Below are positions 8,391 through 18,240 of a stretch of DNA of 64,000 nt, piece after piece. Origin of the DNA: an uncultured Pelagibacteraceae bacterium (lineage in GTDB: Bacteria; Pseudomonadota; Alphaproteobacteria; Pelagibacterales; Pelagibacteraceae). The notes below the pieces were generated by a model. That model was not told the DNA's origin, did no database searches, and saw nothing but the letters and a program-made list of their open reading frames with translations. The position numbers and the translations under genes were made by a program. Location of the stretch: the NCBI GenBank assembly GCA_902597175.1, contig CACJWN010000003.1:52642-116641 (forward strand). The letters run 5' to 3'. The stretch's first letter is position 1; each line of letters opens with the position of its first letter.

Positions 8391-9581
8391 TTATAAACCA
8401 GCGCTAGCATTAAATGTTACAGTACCAGCAACTTTTGTTTTAAAGTTTTTTCCACCTTTAGTGTACTCAATCATAACAGGAGTTCTGTTACCATCTCTAC
8501 ACTCAGGCGTACCTGATTTACAGAAATTGATTGGACCAGAAGCTAAACCTCTGAAATCAGTAGTATTCGCAATCGCGTCTCTTACTTTATTTCTGTCAGC
8601 AGCTAGATCTCCAGTGAATTTAACTTTTTTAAGAGCTATCTCTAGAATATCTAGTAAGTCCATCATTTGTGAAAAGTCGTGACCAGGTACAACACCATAT
8701 TTGTCTTTTACCATTTTCACAAATTTCTTAGCTACAGGTCTAGTGTCAGATGCAGCGAATGCAGCTGAGAAAGTTACACCTTTTGCAGCAGAACCAGCAT
8801 TTATTGGTATCTCTACTTTAGAACCAATAGAAGCTGTTACTCTGTGAACAGATTTTGGTATTCCAACTTCATATGATTGTACAAGTCCTCTAACTGTTTC
8901 ATCCAATAGAGCTGAAATTACAAGAACTTCTGGATTAGTAGCTTTAGCTTTAGTTAAGTAACTTCTAAAGTCAGTTTCTTTTTCTCCAGATTGAACCATA
9001 TAAGTTGGCTCAACGTTGTAGTTCTCTCTCATGTAATCAGCTAAAGATAATGCAAAATCTTTACCAGCAGCATCTGGACCATAGATATAAGCTATCTTAG
9101 TACCTTGATTTTCTGCAGTAAATTTACCTTGTACGATTTTGTAAAATCTTGATGATACAGGTACTCTAAAAATGTATTCACTACCTTTTTTAGTAATGTC
9201 AGCATTTGTTGAGTGAGGTATGATTTGTGGAACTTTAGCTTTAGCTGAAACAGGTACCATAGGTAATGTTACAGAACTACAGCTAGATCCAATTATAACG
9301 TGAACTTTATCTTGGTAAGCAAGTTTTGTTGCGTTTGCTACACCTTTCTCAGATTTACACTCATCGTTATAAAGTGTTAAGTCGATTTTTTGACCGTTGA
9401 TAGTGCCTTCTTTATTCCACTTTGCAACAGTATCAGTAATTAACTCTCCGTGTTTATAACCAACATCTGATAGCATTCTAAAAGAAACACCAATTTTGAT
9501 TGTTTCTGCTTGAGCTAAAGTCGTGATTACTAAACCTGCGGAAAAGACAATTGCTGAAAAAACAAATTTAAGTTTATTCAT
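8391..9581 (-). CDS. HAAT/Liv-type ABC substrate-binding protein (LivK/LivJ-like), signal peptide
   Basis: Signal peptide ending AQA-ETIKIG; D.V..IIG...S..T and ETDFRSYLTK motifs. Start moved to ATG 9581, which follows an SD-like GGGG. Confidence 0.9.
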   Translation of the reverse strand: MNKLKFVFSAIVFSAGLVITTLAQAETIKIGVSFRMLSDVGYKHGELITDTVAKWNKEGTINGQKIDLTLYNDECKSEKGVANATKLAYQDKVHVIIGSSCSSVTLPMVPVSAKAKVPQIIPHSTNADITKKGSEYIFRVPVSSRFYKIVQGKFTAENQGTKIAYIYGPDAAGKDFALSLADYMRENYNVEPTYMVQSGEKETDFRSYLTKAKATNPEVLVISALLDETVRGLVQSYEVGIPKSVHRVTASIGSKVEIPINAGSAAKGVTFSAAFAASDTRPVAKKFVKMVKDKYGVVPGHDFSQMMDLLDILEIALKKVKFTGDLAADRNKVRDAIANTTDFRGLASGPINFCKSGTPECRDGNRTPVMIEYTKGGKNFKTKVAGTVTFNASAGL

Positions 9582-9607
9582 TATTTCCCCCATTTGTTAT
9601 TTAATTG

Positions 9608-9655
9608 TTGCTAAGGCTATAAAATAATAGTTATAATGTCTATGACTAATAGTTA
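9608..9655 (+). promoter_or_regulatory. Sigma70-type promoter for the livF-led operon with overlapping 9-bp direct repeats
   Basis: TTGCTA (9608-9613), 18 bp, TATAAT (9632-9637); TAATAGTTA at 9625-9633 and 9647-9655. Confidence 0.55.
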
Positions 9656-9693
9656 CATTTTTGGTAAATCAGAAAAAAAAAATTGGAGGATAT

Positions 9694-10413
9694 TTGCTTA
9701 AGATTAATCAACTTATTTCTGGATACGGCTCTGTACAAATTTTAAATGGAGCTAATATGAAAGTTGAAAAACAATCTATAGTTGCATTGCTAGGTGGTAA
9801 TGGGACAGGCAAATCAACTATTCTTAGAGCGGCATCTGGATTAATTAGATCATGGCAAGGTACGATCGAATTTAATGGTGAGCAAATTCAAAACTTACCC
9901 GCTCACGAAATAGTTGGACGAGGATTAGTGCAAGTAACTCAAGGAAAGGATGTTTTCCCTGCAATGTCTGTCACTGAAAATTTAAAGTTGGGCGGCTTTA
10001 TTTTAAAAAGCAAACAACAACTGTCAGATAATTTAGAAAAGGTTTATAACTATTTTCCAAGATTAAATGAGAGAAAAGATCAATTGGCCGCAACTTTATC
10101 AGGTGGAGAGTTGCAAATGTTATGTATTGGGAGAGGGTTAATGTCTAATCCTAAAATGATAATGCTAGACGAACCTAGTGCTGCTTTAGCGCCGCAAATT
10201 GTTTTAGATATTTTTAAAAATATTAATAGAATTAGACAAGATGGATTAACAGTTCTAGTCGTTGAACAAAATGTTAGGATGGCATTATTACTTGCTGATT
10301 ACGGGTATGTAATTAAAGACGGTGTGATCAATGTTGAGGGTGATAGTAAGAAATTAATGTACGACGAAAGTGTAAAAGAGTCATATCTTGGAGGGACTAA
10401 AGCCAATGTTTAA
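9694..10413 (+). CDS. livF: HAAT/Liv-type ABC ATPase (LivF-like)
   Basis: GGNGTGKST, FPRL.ER..QLA.TLSGGE.QML, LDEPS and VEQN motifs. TTG start at 9694 follows GGAGGA. Confidence 0.9.
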   Translation: MLKINQLISGYGSVQILNGANMKVEKQSIVALLGGNGTGKSTILRAASGLIRSWQGTIEFNGEQIQNLPAHEIVGRGLVQVTQGKDVFPAMSVTENLKLGGFILKSKQQLSDNLEKVYNYFPRLNERKDQLAATLSGGELQMLCIGRGLMSNPKMIMLDEPSAALAPQIVLDIFKNINRIRQDGLTVLVVEQNVRMALLLADYGYVIKDGVINVEGDSKKLMYDESVKESYLGGTKANV

Positions 10414-11443
10414 TAAACTGAGAATTGGAAAAAAAGGTGAAAATATCATATTCGGAACATTTGTGCTTCTTTATATTGGTTGGTGCGTGAATAGTCCCGA
10501 TATGAATATAGAATCGCTCAAATCAGTTTTAACAATTGGTCTTTCTGTTGGTATTATTTATGGCTTAGTTGCGCTTGGAATTTCGTTAATCTACACAGGT
10601 CTAGATGTAGTTAATTTTTCTCACGGTGAATTTTTCATGATAGGCGCTTTTGCCGGTCTTACCATGTTTAATCTTTTGGGTAATCAAGATTGGATTTTTA
10701 ATATATTTCCTGATGCTTATGGTTGGATAATTTATGTCGTTTGTTTGTTTACAGCCTTTGTTTCAATGGGTTTATTTGGGGTTTTTATTGAAAGAGTTTT
10801 CTTAAGACCTCTAACAAAAAAAGGTGGTGGTTACACTGTAGCTGGAATGGGAATAATCATTTGTGGATTTGGTCTTTCAGTAGTTTTAATTAATGTTGCT
10901 TATTTAATTTGGAATCCAGTAGCAAAACCCTTCCCTGCAGAATTAGGTTTGCCAATGGAAATTGGAGGACTGTTTTTACCGATTACTTATATTTGGATGA
11001 TTGTAGTTGGTTTATCTGTAGCAGCGGGTCTTTGGTTCTTTTTGAATAAAACAAAAATGGGATTAGGTATTAGAGCCGTAGCTTACTCTAAAGATGTTTC
11101 AAATCTAGTAGGAATAAACGTGCCACTATACATATCAATTATTTTTGGTATTGCTTGTGCCATAGCAGGTATTGGAGGAACTTTAGTAGGTCCAACTTAT
11201 CAAGTTGTTGTATTCATGGGTTACATTATTCTTATGAAAGCTTTTGCTGCTGCGGTCGTAGGTGGGTTTGGTAATCTGCCTGGTGCAATAGTTGGAGGTT
11301 TTACAGTTGGAATATTTGAAACAGCCTCATCTTTTTATATTTCTGGAAGTCACAAAGATTTATACGCCTTTTTACTAATGATAGTTGTTTTAATGATCAA
11401 ACCAACAGGCTTCTTTGGTGTTCAAGTAAAAATGAAAGCTTAA
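10406..11443 (+). CDS. livH: HAAT/Liv-type ABC permease (LivH-like)
   Basis: YGLVALG.SL.Y....VNF.HG, G..IRA and KAFAAAVVGG.G...GA..GG motifs. ATG 10406 chosen as start. Confidence 0.9.
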   Translation: MFNKLRIGKKGENIIFGTFVLLYIGWCVNSPDMNIESLKSVLTIGLSVGIIYGLVALGISLIYTGLDVVNFSHGEFFMIGAFAGLTMFNLLGNQDWIFNIFPDAYGWIIYVVCLFTAFVSMGLFGVFIERVFLRPLTKKGGGYTVAGMGIIICGFGLSVVLINVAYLIWNPVAKPFPAELGLPMEIGGLFLPITYIWMIVVGLSVAAGLWFFLNKTKMGLGIRAVAYSKDVSNLVGINVPLYISIIFGIACAIAGIGGTLVGPTYQVVVFMGYIILMKAFAAAVVGGFGNLPGAIVGGFTVGIFETASSFYISGSHKDLYAFLLMIVVLMIKPTGFFGVQVKMKA

Positions 11444-12387
11444 TGATAAAGAAAGATACAAAAGTTGCAGTATTAGGTGCTGGCGCTATGGGCTGTCTTT
11501 TCGGCGGGTTGTTAGCTGAAAAAGGTTTAGAGGTTCATCTTATTGATGTTTGGAAAGAACATGTAGACGAAATTAATAGTAAAGGTTTAAAAATGATGGG
11601 TCATGGCGGAGATAGAACAATAAAAATCCATGCTACAACTGATCCAAAAACTTTAAAGCCAGTCGATGCAATAATTATTATGTGTAAAGCTACAGCTTTA
11701 GAGCAAGCTTTATCCAATTCAAAAAATATTATTGGTGATAATACAATGCTGATGTCATTTCAAAATGGTATTGGGCATGAAGAAATCATGCAAAAAATAG
11801 CTGGTAAAGAAAAAGTTTTAGGTGGATCAACAACACAAGCCTCTAGTATTCAAGGTCCTGGAATAATCCAAAACCACGCAAGTTTGCCTTCATGGATTGG
11901 TGAATACGAAGGTGGTTCAAGCGATAGAGTAAAAGATTTAGCTGAAACTTTTACTGCACATGGCTTAGAAACTATTGCAGAAGAAAATATCAAAAGAAGA
12001 AAATGGATGAAATTATTTGCTTTAACAGCAATTGGTCCATTATCAGCAATATTTGATTTACATCATACAGATTTATACATTTCTAATAAAAATCAGACTA
12101 TGTCTCGAAAATTAGGTAAGGATATAATCCTTGAAACTAGAGAAGTAGCTAAAGCTGATGGAGTTGATGTTAGTGAAAGCGATTGTTTAGAAATGTTCAA
12201 TAGAATAGTAGACTCAAGACAAACTAATAAATCATCTATGGCATTCGATGTTGTAAAGCATAGAAAAACAGAAATTGATTTCATAAGTGGAGCTGTTTCT
12301 AAAATTGGAAAAAAACATGGGATTAAGACACCTTTAAATGACCTCATGTATAATATTATTAAAATTAAAGAGGGTATGTACGTATAA
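11443..12387 (+). CDS. Ketopantoate reductase (PanE/ApbA)-family protein
   Basis: GAGAMG, K, QNG.GHEE, W.KL, SSM..D....KTEID.I.G and TPLN motifs. Confidence 0.9.
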   Translation: MIKKDTKVAVLGAGAMGCLFGGLLAEKGLEVHLIDVWKEHVDEINSKGLKMMGHGGDRTIKIHATTDPKTLKPVDAIIIMCKATALEQALSNSKNIIGDNTMLMSFQNGIGHEEIMQKIAGKEKVLGGSTTQASSIQGPGIIQNHASLPSWIGEYEGGSSDRVKDLAETFTAHGLETIAEENIKRRKWMKLFALTAIGPLSAIFDLHHTDLYISNKNQTMSRKLGKDIILETREVAKADGVDVSESDCLEMFNRIVDSRQTNKSSMAFDVVKHRKTEIDFISGAVSKIGKKHGIKTPLNDLMYNIIKIKEGMYV

Positions 12388-12392
12388 GGCCT

Positions 12393-14306
12393 GTGTCTAA
12401 AGAAATTATTTGGCAACCATCAAAAGAGCTAATTGAAAATTCAAAACTAACTAAGTTTATACAACATTGTAATTTAAAAAATTACGATGAGCTTGAGAAA
12501 AAAAGTTTTTCTGATCCTGGATGGTTATGGGACAATGTAATCAAATTTTCAGATTTAAAATTTTATAAACCTTATTCAAAAATATTAGATGACTCAAAAG
12601 GTATTCCTTGGACTAGATGGTGTATAGAAGGAAAAACTAATATAGTTCTAAATTGTATTGATCGACATAAAGATAGAGAATTTTTCAAAAACACTTTTAT
12701 TTATGCTGAAAGAGAAGATGGCAAAGAAAGTTCAATTACTTATGAAGAATTTGATAAGCAAATCTCAAAGGTTGGGAATACTTTAAAAATAAATGGTTTT
12801 AAAAAAGGGGATGTAATCGCACTTTACATGCCTCAATTTATAGAAACTTACATTGCTTACTTTGCTATTTTAAAAATTGGGTGTGTGGTGCTACCTTTAT
12901 TCTCTGGATATGGATCAAAGGCAGTTATTGAAAGACTCAACATAGCAAAAGCTAAAGGTATATTTACAGTTGAGAAAACATTTAGAAAAGCGAAAGAAAT
13001 AAGAATGTTTGATCAAATCAAAAATGAATTAGATCAAGTCATTTCTTTAGAAAAAATTTTTTTATTGGGAAAAGAGAAAGGAAAGAAAATCTTTAATTGG
13101 GAAAATTTTCAAAATGTTTCTGATAATTTAAAGACAGAGGAAACTGATGCTGAAGATCCTGCTATTATCCACTTTACATCAGGTACAACCGGAAAACCCA
13201 AAGGATGTGTTTATACTCACATTGGTTTAGTTGCTAAGATGTCATTTGATGAAGGAGTTTTAGCAGACTTTAAACAAACTGATATTCATTTGTGTATGGC
13301 TGATATGGGATGGATGGTGGGTTCTAAGTCTGCAACAATAGCTTCTACACACGGAGCGCAAATGGTAATCGCTGAGGGCGTGCCTGATTTTCCTGATGAG
13401 GTTCGTTTTTGGAAACTTATAGAAAAATATAAGGTTTCCTGGACAGAGCTTTCCCCTGCTCTCATTAGAGCACAAATGATTAAAGATGAAAAACTTTTTA
13501 AAGATTTAGATTTAAGTTCATTAAGAATGATTTGTACTGGGGGAGAACCTTGGACGGAAAAACCTTGGAAATGGTTATTTCAAGTAGTAGGGAAATCTAA
13601 AGTTCCTATTATGAATTCAGCTGGGGGCACTGAAGTTTCTGGTTCTATTTTGCATTGTTGTTTACATCGTCCTTTTAAAGTTGGATCTTTCAATGCTCCT
13701 ATTCCAGGAATGAGCGCGGATATCTTAAATTTAGATGGACAAAAAGTTTCCACAAATGAGATGGGCGAATTAGTCATGAGAAAATCATCAATCGGATTAA
13801 CTAAAAGTTTATGGAATGATGATAAGCGTTACATCGATAATTATTGGAGCGTAATTAAAGATTATTGGGTGCATGGTGATCTTGCAAGTAGAGATGCTGA
13901 TGGTCATTGGTATTTACATGGAAGATCTGATGATACCATCAAAGTATCAGGTAAAAGAATAGGTCCTTCTGAGCTTGAGAGTGTAATAGTAAAAAGTGGA
14001 AAAGCAAAAGAGGTTGCTGCTGTTGGAATACCTGACGAAAATAAAGGGTCAAAAATTATTTTATCTATAGTTCCTGCAGAAAATAATGATCAAAAAGAAA
14101 GTTTTTTTGAAGATTTAGTTATAAAAGATTTAGGGAAATCATTTAAGCCTGATAAAGTAATTTTTGTAAAAGATTTGCCTAAAACAAGAAATATGAAAAT
14201 TATGAGAAGAGTTATAAAATCATGTTTAGCAAACCAAGATCCAGGTGATTTATCAACGCTATTAAATCCAGAATCTATAGAGGAGATTAGATCTCATGCA
14301 ATTTAA
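12393..14306 (+). CDS. Acyl-CoA synthetase (Acs/acetoacetyl-CoA synthetase-like AMP-forming ligase)
   Basis: FTSGTTGKPKG, GEPW, GGTE, HGD, GRSDD.IKVSGKR.GP.E.E and LPKTRNMKIMRR motifs; GTG start. Confidence 0.9.
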   Translation: MSKEIIWQPSKELIENSKLTKFIQHCNLKNYDELEKKSFSDPGWLWDNVIKFSDLKFYKPYSKILDDSKGIPWTRWCIEGKTNIVLNCIDRHKDREFFKNTFIYAEREDGKESSITYEEFDKQISKVGNTLKINGFKKGDVIALYMPQFIETYIAYFAILKIGCVVLPLFSGYGSKAVIERLNIAKAKGIFTVEKTFRKAKEIRMFDQIKNELDQVISLEKIFLLGKEKGKKIFNWENFQNVSDNLKTEETDAEDPAIIHFTSGTTGKPKGCVYTHIGLVAKMSFDEGVLADFKQTDIHLCMADMGWMVGSKSATIASTHGAQMVIAEGVPDFPDEVRFWKLIEKYKVSWTELSPALIRAQMIKDEKLFKDLDLSSLRMICTGGEPWTEKPWKWLFQVVGKSKVPIMNSAGGTEVSGSILHCCLHRPFKVGSFNAPIPGMSADILNLDGQKVSTNEMGELVMRKSSIGLTKSLWNDDKRYIDNYWSVIKDYWVHGDLASRDADGHWYLHGRSDDTIKVSGKRIGPSELESVIVKSGKAKEVAAVGIPDENKGSKIILSIVPAENNDQKESFFEDLVIKDLGKSFKPDKVIFVKDLPKTRNMKIMRRVIKSCLANQDPGDLSTLLNPESIEEIRSHAI

Positions 14307-15066
14307 AGATATATTATATGAAGTTAAAGGTGATTACGCTCATGTCACTATTAATAGACCTAAGGTATTAAATGCTTTTACACCAGTAACTCTTCAAGAA
14401 CTTAAGGCAGCTCTCGACAATGCAGAAAAAGATAAAGAAGTTGGAGTAATTGTTTTATCAGGTGCTGGAGATAGAGCATTTTGTTCAGGTGGAGATATGA
14501 ACTGGGAAAGCTCTAAAGAATTTCAAGATCATGAATACGAATTTCACATTCACTTAACAAAATGTAGCAAACCAATCATAGCTAAAGTGGATGGATACGC
14601 GATTGGCGGTGGAAATCATATGGCTTATTTTTGTGATTTAACTATAGCAAGTGAGAATTCTATATTTGGTCAAAATGGCCCCAGAGTTGGTTCTCCAGCA
14701 GGAGGAGCTATCGTTGCCCACTCTGCAAATATTTTAGGACACAAACGTGCAAGAGAAATGTGGATGACTTGCAAAAGATACTCAGCAAAAGAGATGATGA
14801 ATTGGGGCTTGGTAAATTCAGTAGTAAAAAAAGATAAATTAGACGAGGAAGTTAAAAAGTATGGCGATGAAATATTAAAAGCTGCTCCAACTTGTTTGAA
14901 GATATTGAAAGCCAGTTTTAGAAAACAATTTGAAGAAATTTTAAAGATTACCCAAAAAGGAATGGTTGAAGAAGTTGCTCCTGGTTATTTTAAAACTGGT
15001 GAACAAGCAGAAGGCGCTAAAGCCTTTCTAGAAAAAAGAAAGCCAAATTTTAAAAAATTTAGATAA
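14296..15066 (+). CDS. Crotonase-superfamily enzyme, MenB/BadI-like
   Basis: INRP.V.NAF, AFCSGGD, GYAIGGG, CDLTIA, FGQNGPRVGS and EG..AF.EKR.P.F motifs. Confidence 0.85.
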   Translation: MQFKDILYEVKGDYAHVTINRPKVLNAFTPVTLQELKAALDNAEKDKEVGVIVLSGAGDRAFCSGGDMNWESSKEFQDHEYEFHIHLTKCSKPIIAKVDGYAIGGGNHMAYFCDLTIASENSIFGQNGPRVGSPAGGAIVAHSANILGHKRAREMWMTCKRYSAKEMMNWGLVNSVVKKDKLDEEVKKYGDEILKAAPTCLKILKASFRKQFEEILKITQKGMVEEVAPGYFKTGEQAEGAKAFLEKRKPNFKKFR

Positions 15067-16154
15067 TGAAAGTTAAATCAATCAAAGCAATCACTTTGAG
15101 TATGCCGTTTAGCCATGGAGGAAAAAAGGTAATTTTTCATGGAAAAGAATGGAAAAGTTTAGAATTTAACTTAGTAAAAATTGAAACAGATAAAGGTATC
15201 ACTGGTTGGGGTGAAGCCTTTGGTTATACAAGTTGGAAAGCAGTAAAAATAGCAATTGAAGAAATGGTGGCTCCTTTACTCGTTGGAAAAGATATGAGTA
15301 ATATACCGGAACTTCTTTTAACTCTTCAAAGATCTTTGCACTTATTTGGTAGATACGGGATAACAATGTTTGCAATATCTGGCGTTGAAATTGCATTATG
15401 GGATGCTTTAGGTAAAGAAAAAAATAAGCCAATTCATGAATTGTTAGGAAAAAAAAATAAAGATCTATTTAAAGCTTATTCAAGTCTTTTTAGATACGGA
15501 GATCCGAAAATTATAGAACAGAAATGTAAGCAATCATTAGATGATGGTTACCAAGCTATAAAACTTCATGAAATAGAAAATGATTGCATTGAGGCTGGAA
15601 GAAAAGGAACAGGTAATCTTCCTTTAATGTTAGACACTAATTGTCCTTGGACTTATGAAGAAACGCTATCCAAAAAAGATTTTTTAAAAAGTATGAAACT
15701 TACTTGGTTAGAAGAACCTATTTACCCACCAGAAGATTATGAAACTCTTGCAAAATTAAATAAAGAACTTGGAATACCTATTGCCTGCGGAGAGAATGCG
15801 TGTACAGAATTTGAATTCAAATCAATGATTAAACAAAAGGCAGCCACTTTTGTTCAACCGTCAGTAATTAAAGTTGGTGGAATTTATGAGATGTTTAAAA
15901 TAATCCAGCATGCAGAAAAAAATAATATATCTGTAATGCCACATACTGCTTATTTTGGACCAGGTTTTTTAGCTACACTTCAATTAGCTTCATTAATGGA
16001 AAAAGATACCTATATTGAGAGATTCTATTTAGATATCGATCAAGAATTTTACCCTAATTTCAAAAGAGCATTAAATGGGAAATATAAATTACCTTCAGGA
16101 CCAGGTCTAGGGATTGACCTGGATTATAATAAATTAAGTAAATATGAAATATAG
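15066..16154 (+). CDS. Mandelate racemase/muconate lactonizing enzyme family (enolase superfamily)
   Basis: GITGWGE, SG.EIALWD..GK, K.H, D.N, EEP, GEN, QP...K.GG and PH motifs. Confidence 0.9.
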   Translation: MKVKSIKAITLSMPFSHGGKKVIFHGKEWKSLEFNLVKIETDKGITGWGEAFGYTSWKAVKIAIEEMVAPLLVGKDMSNIPELLLTLQRSLHLFGRYGITMFAISGVEIALWDALGKEKNKPIHELLGKKNKDLFKAYSSLFRYGDPKIIEQKCKQSLDDGYQAIKLHEIENDCIEAGRKGTGNLPLMLDTNCPWTYEETLSKKDFLKSMKLTWLEEPIYPPEDYETLAKLNKELGIPIACGENACTEFEFKSMIKQKAATFVQPSVIKVGGIYEMFKIIQHAEKNNISVMPHTAYFGPGFLATLQLASLMEKDTYIERFYLDIDQEFYPNFKRALNGKYKLPSGPGLGIDLDYNKLSKYEI

Positions 16155-16794
16155 ATCTGTTTTATTTGTTCCAGGACATGAAGAAAAAAAAATTAAAAAA
16201 GCTTATACATTAAATTCAGATTTAATAGTTCTTGACTTAGAATCAACTGTTCCTGAAGATCAGAAAGATCAGGCTAAAAAAATAATAAAAGAATGCAATG
16301 TTAATAAAGATCAAACATATATAAGGATAAATAATAATTCAGATTTAGAATTTGTTGCATCAGAAAAATTCCCTGGAATATTTCTTCCATTTACAGAAAC
16401 AAAAAAACAATTAATTGAGATAGATATATTATTAAAAAAAACTGAGAAATTGAAAACTGATATAATCCCAATTTTAGAAAGTATAAACGGTCTAGCTAAT
16501 CTTGAGGAAATTTGCTCTTTTTCAGAAAGAATTCAAATTATATCTTTTGGCTCTCATGATTTAGCTAAATCTATAAATCTTAAGATTTCAGAAGATGAAA
16601 AAGAAATATTAGAATTTAGAAAAAATATAGTAAATAAATCTAAAAATATTAAGAGCCCAATAGATACCTCTTTTTTAAACTTTAAAGATTTAAATGGATT
16701 TGAAAAATCATGTAATTTTGTAAAAAAATTAGGTTTTGGTGGTAAAGCTTGTATTCATCCAGACCAAGTTCAAATCTCAAACAAAATTTTTTAA
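16144..16794 (+). CDS. CitE/HpcH-HpaI-type CoA-thioester lyase/aldolase (short)
   Basis: RS.LFVPG, LDLES.V, RIN, LES..G, G..DL and GF.GK.CIHP.Q motifs. Confidence 0.85.
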   Translation: MKYRSVLFVPGHEEKKIKKAYTLNSDLIVLDLESTVPEDQKDQAKKIIKECNVNKDQTYIRINNNSDLEFVASEKFPGIFLPFTETKKQLIEIDILLKKTEKLKTDIIPILESINGLANLEEICSFSERIQIISFGSHDLAKSINLKISEDEKEILEFRKNIVNKSKNIKSPIDTSFLNFKDLNGFEKSCNFVKKLGFGGKACIHPDQVQISNKIF

Positions 16795-17198
16795 TGATAA
16801 ATACTAAGAAACTTTTGTACTTTGCTTATGGTACAAATCTTAATAAAAAAATTTTTTTAAAAAAATATAAAAATGCTAAATATCTAAGTAAGCATATTTT
16901 AAAAGATTTTGAATTAGTCTTTAGATCAAAATATAGGGTGCCAGATATACAAAGAAAAAAAGGTTCAAGTGTGAAAGGTATTATCTATGAAATAGATAAA
17001 ATAACTGAGAAAAAATTAGATAGATACGAAGACTATCCTAAGTTATATATAAAAAAATTTTTTAATAAAAAAAATAAAAATGTAATGTATTATTTCATGA
17101 AAAGAAAAACTCCTATTTTAAAGCCTGCAAAATACTACCTTAAAGTCATGAAAAGCGGCTATCGACAAAATAACTATAAATTTAATTTCAAATATTAA
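16794..17198 (+). CDS. Gamma-glutamylcyclotransferase (GGCT)-like protein
   Basis: YFAYGTNL, V.G.IY, LD.YE.YP..Y and P...YL motifs. Start ATG 16794 overlaps the upstream TAA. Confidence 0.8.
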   Translation: MINTKKLLYFAYGTNLNKKIFLKKYKNAKYLSKHILKDFELVFRSKYRVPDIQRKKGSSVKGIIYEIDKITEKKLDRYEDYPKLYIKKFFNKKNKNVMYYFMKRKTPILKPAKYYLKVMKSGYRQNNYKFNFKY

Positions 17199-17199
17199 A

Positions 17200-18240
17200 G
17201 TGAAAAACAAAATAAAGATTGCAGTTGTTGGGATTGGCTTGATGGGGAGTCAACATTTAAAAGCTTTAAGGGTTTCAAAAAAAGCAAAACTCCATTCAAT
17301 TGTTGATGTAAATAAAAATTCAGTTATTCATGCTAAAAAGTTTAAAGTTCCATTCTATAGAACATCGACTGAATTACTTAGTAACAATAAACCAGATGCT
17401 GTAATCGTAGCTACACCCAATCAGTTTCACGAAAAACATACGATAAGCTTTTTAAATGCAAAAATACCTGTTTTGTTAGAAAAACCAATTTCCGACAATA
17501 TCTCAAAAGCAAAAAAAATTATTCAAAGCTCCAAAAAAAATAAAACTCATCTTCTTATTGGCTATCATAGAAGGCACAACAGTATCGTAACAAAAGTAAA
17601 GAAACAGATTGATAGTGGAAATCTTGGAAAGATTGTTGCTGCTAATGTTATGTGTTGGTTATACAAAAATAAAGATTGGTATAAAGAAAAGTGGCGTATA
17701 AAAAAAGGAGGAGGTCCTCTAGGTATTAATCTAGTCCATGATATTGATCTTATTTGTTACTTATTAGGCCCTATAACACATGTTCAAGCCACAACCTCAA
17801 ATAAAATTAGAAAATATGAAGTTGAAGACACCGCGATTGTTAATTTTACATTTAGATCAGGTGCTTTATGTACATTAAGTGTCTCTGATACAATTGTAGC
17901 TCCTTATAGTTATGAGCTTACAGCTGGAGAAAATCCGGCCTACCCTATAACAAATCAATCAGCATATTTTATTGGAGGGACAAAAGGCTCAATACAATTT
18001 CCTAATTTAAAACATTGGTATAATAAAGGTGAAAGAAGTTGGTGGAAACCAATTTATCATAAGGATTTTAATATTCGTTTGAGTAGATTTACTTTAATAA
18101 ATCAAATTGATCATTTGTGTGATGTTGTGTCTGGAAAAGCTAAGCCAAAAGTAAGTGGAAATGATGGCTTGCAATCACTTAAGATATTTGATGCCATACT
18201 AAGAAGTACTAAAACTGGAAGAAAAATTAGAGTAAACTAA
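17200..18240 (+). CDS. Gfo/Idh/MocA oxidoreductase
   Basis: G.GLMG..H, ATPN..H, EKP, GYHRR, GGGPL.IN..HDID and VEDTA motifs. Confidence 0.9.
   Translation: MKNKIKIAVVGIGLMGSQHLKALRVSKKAKLHSIVDVNKNSVIHAKKFKVPFYRTSTELLSNNKPDAVIVATPNQFHEKHTISFLNAKIPVLLEKPISDNISKAKKIIQSSKKNKTHLLIGYHRRHNSIVTKVKKQIDSGNLGKIVAANVMCWLYKNKDWYKEKWRIKKGGGPLGINLVHDIDLICYLLGPITHVQATTSNKIRKYEVEDTAIVNFTFRSGALCTLSVSDTIVAPYSYELTAGENPAYPITNQSAYFIGGTKGSIQFPNLKHWYNKGERSWWKPIYHKDFNIRLSRFTLINQIDHLCDVVSGKAKPKVSGNDGLQSLKIFDAILRSTKTGRKIRVN

Noticed and set aside
14296-15066. Annotation as menB (menaquinone synthesis)
   Set aside because: The GSFD motif is altered, no other men genes are present, and the context is catabolic.
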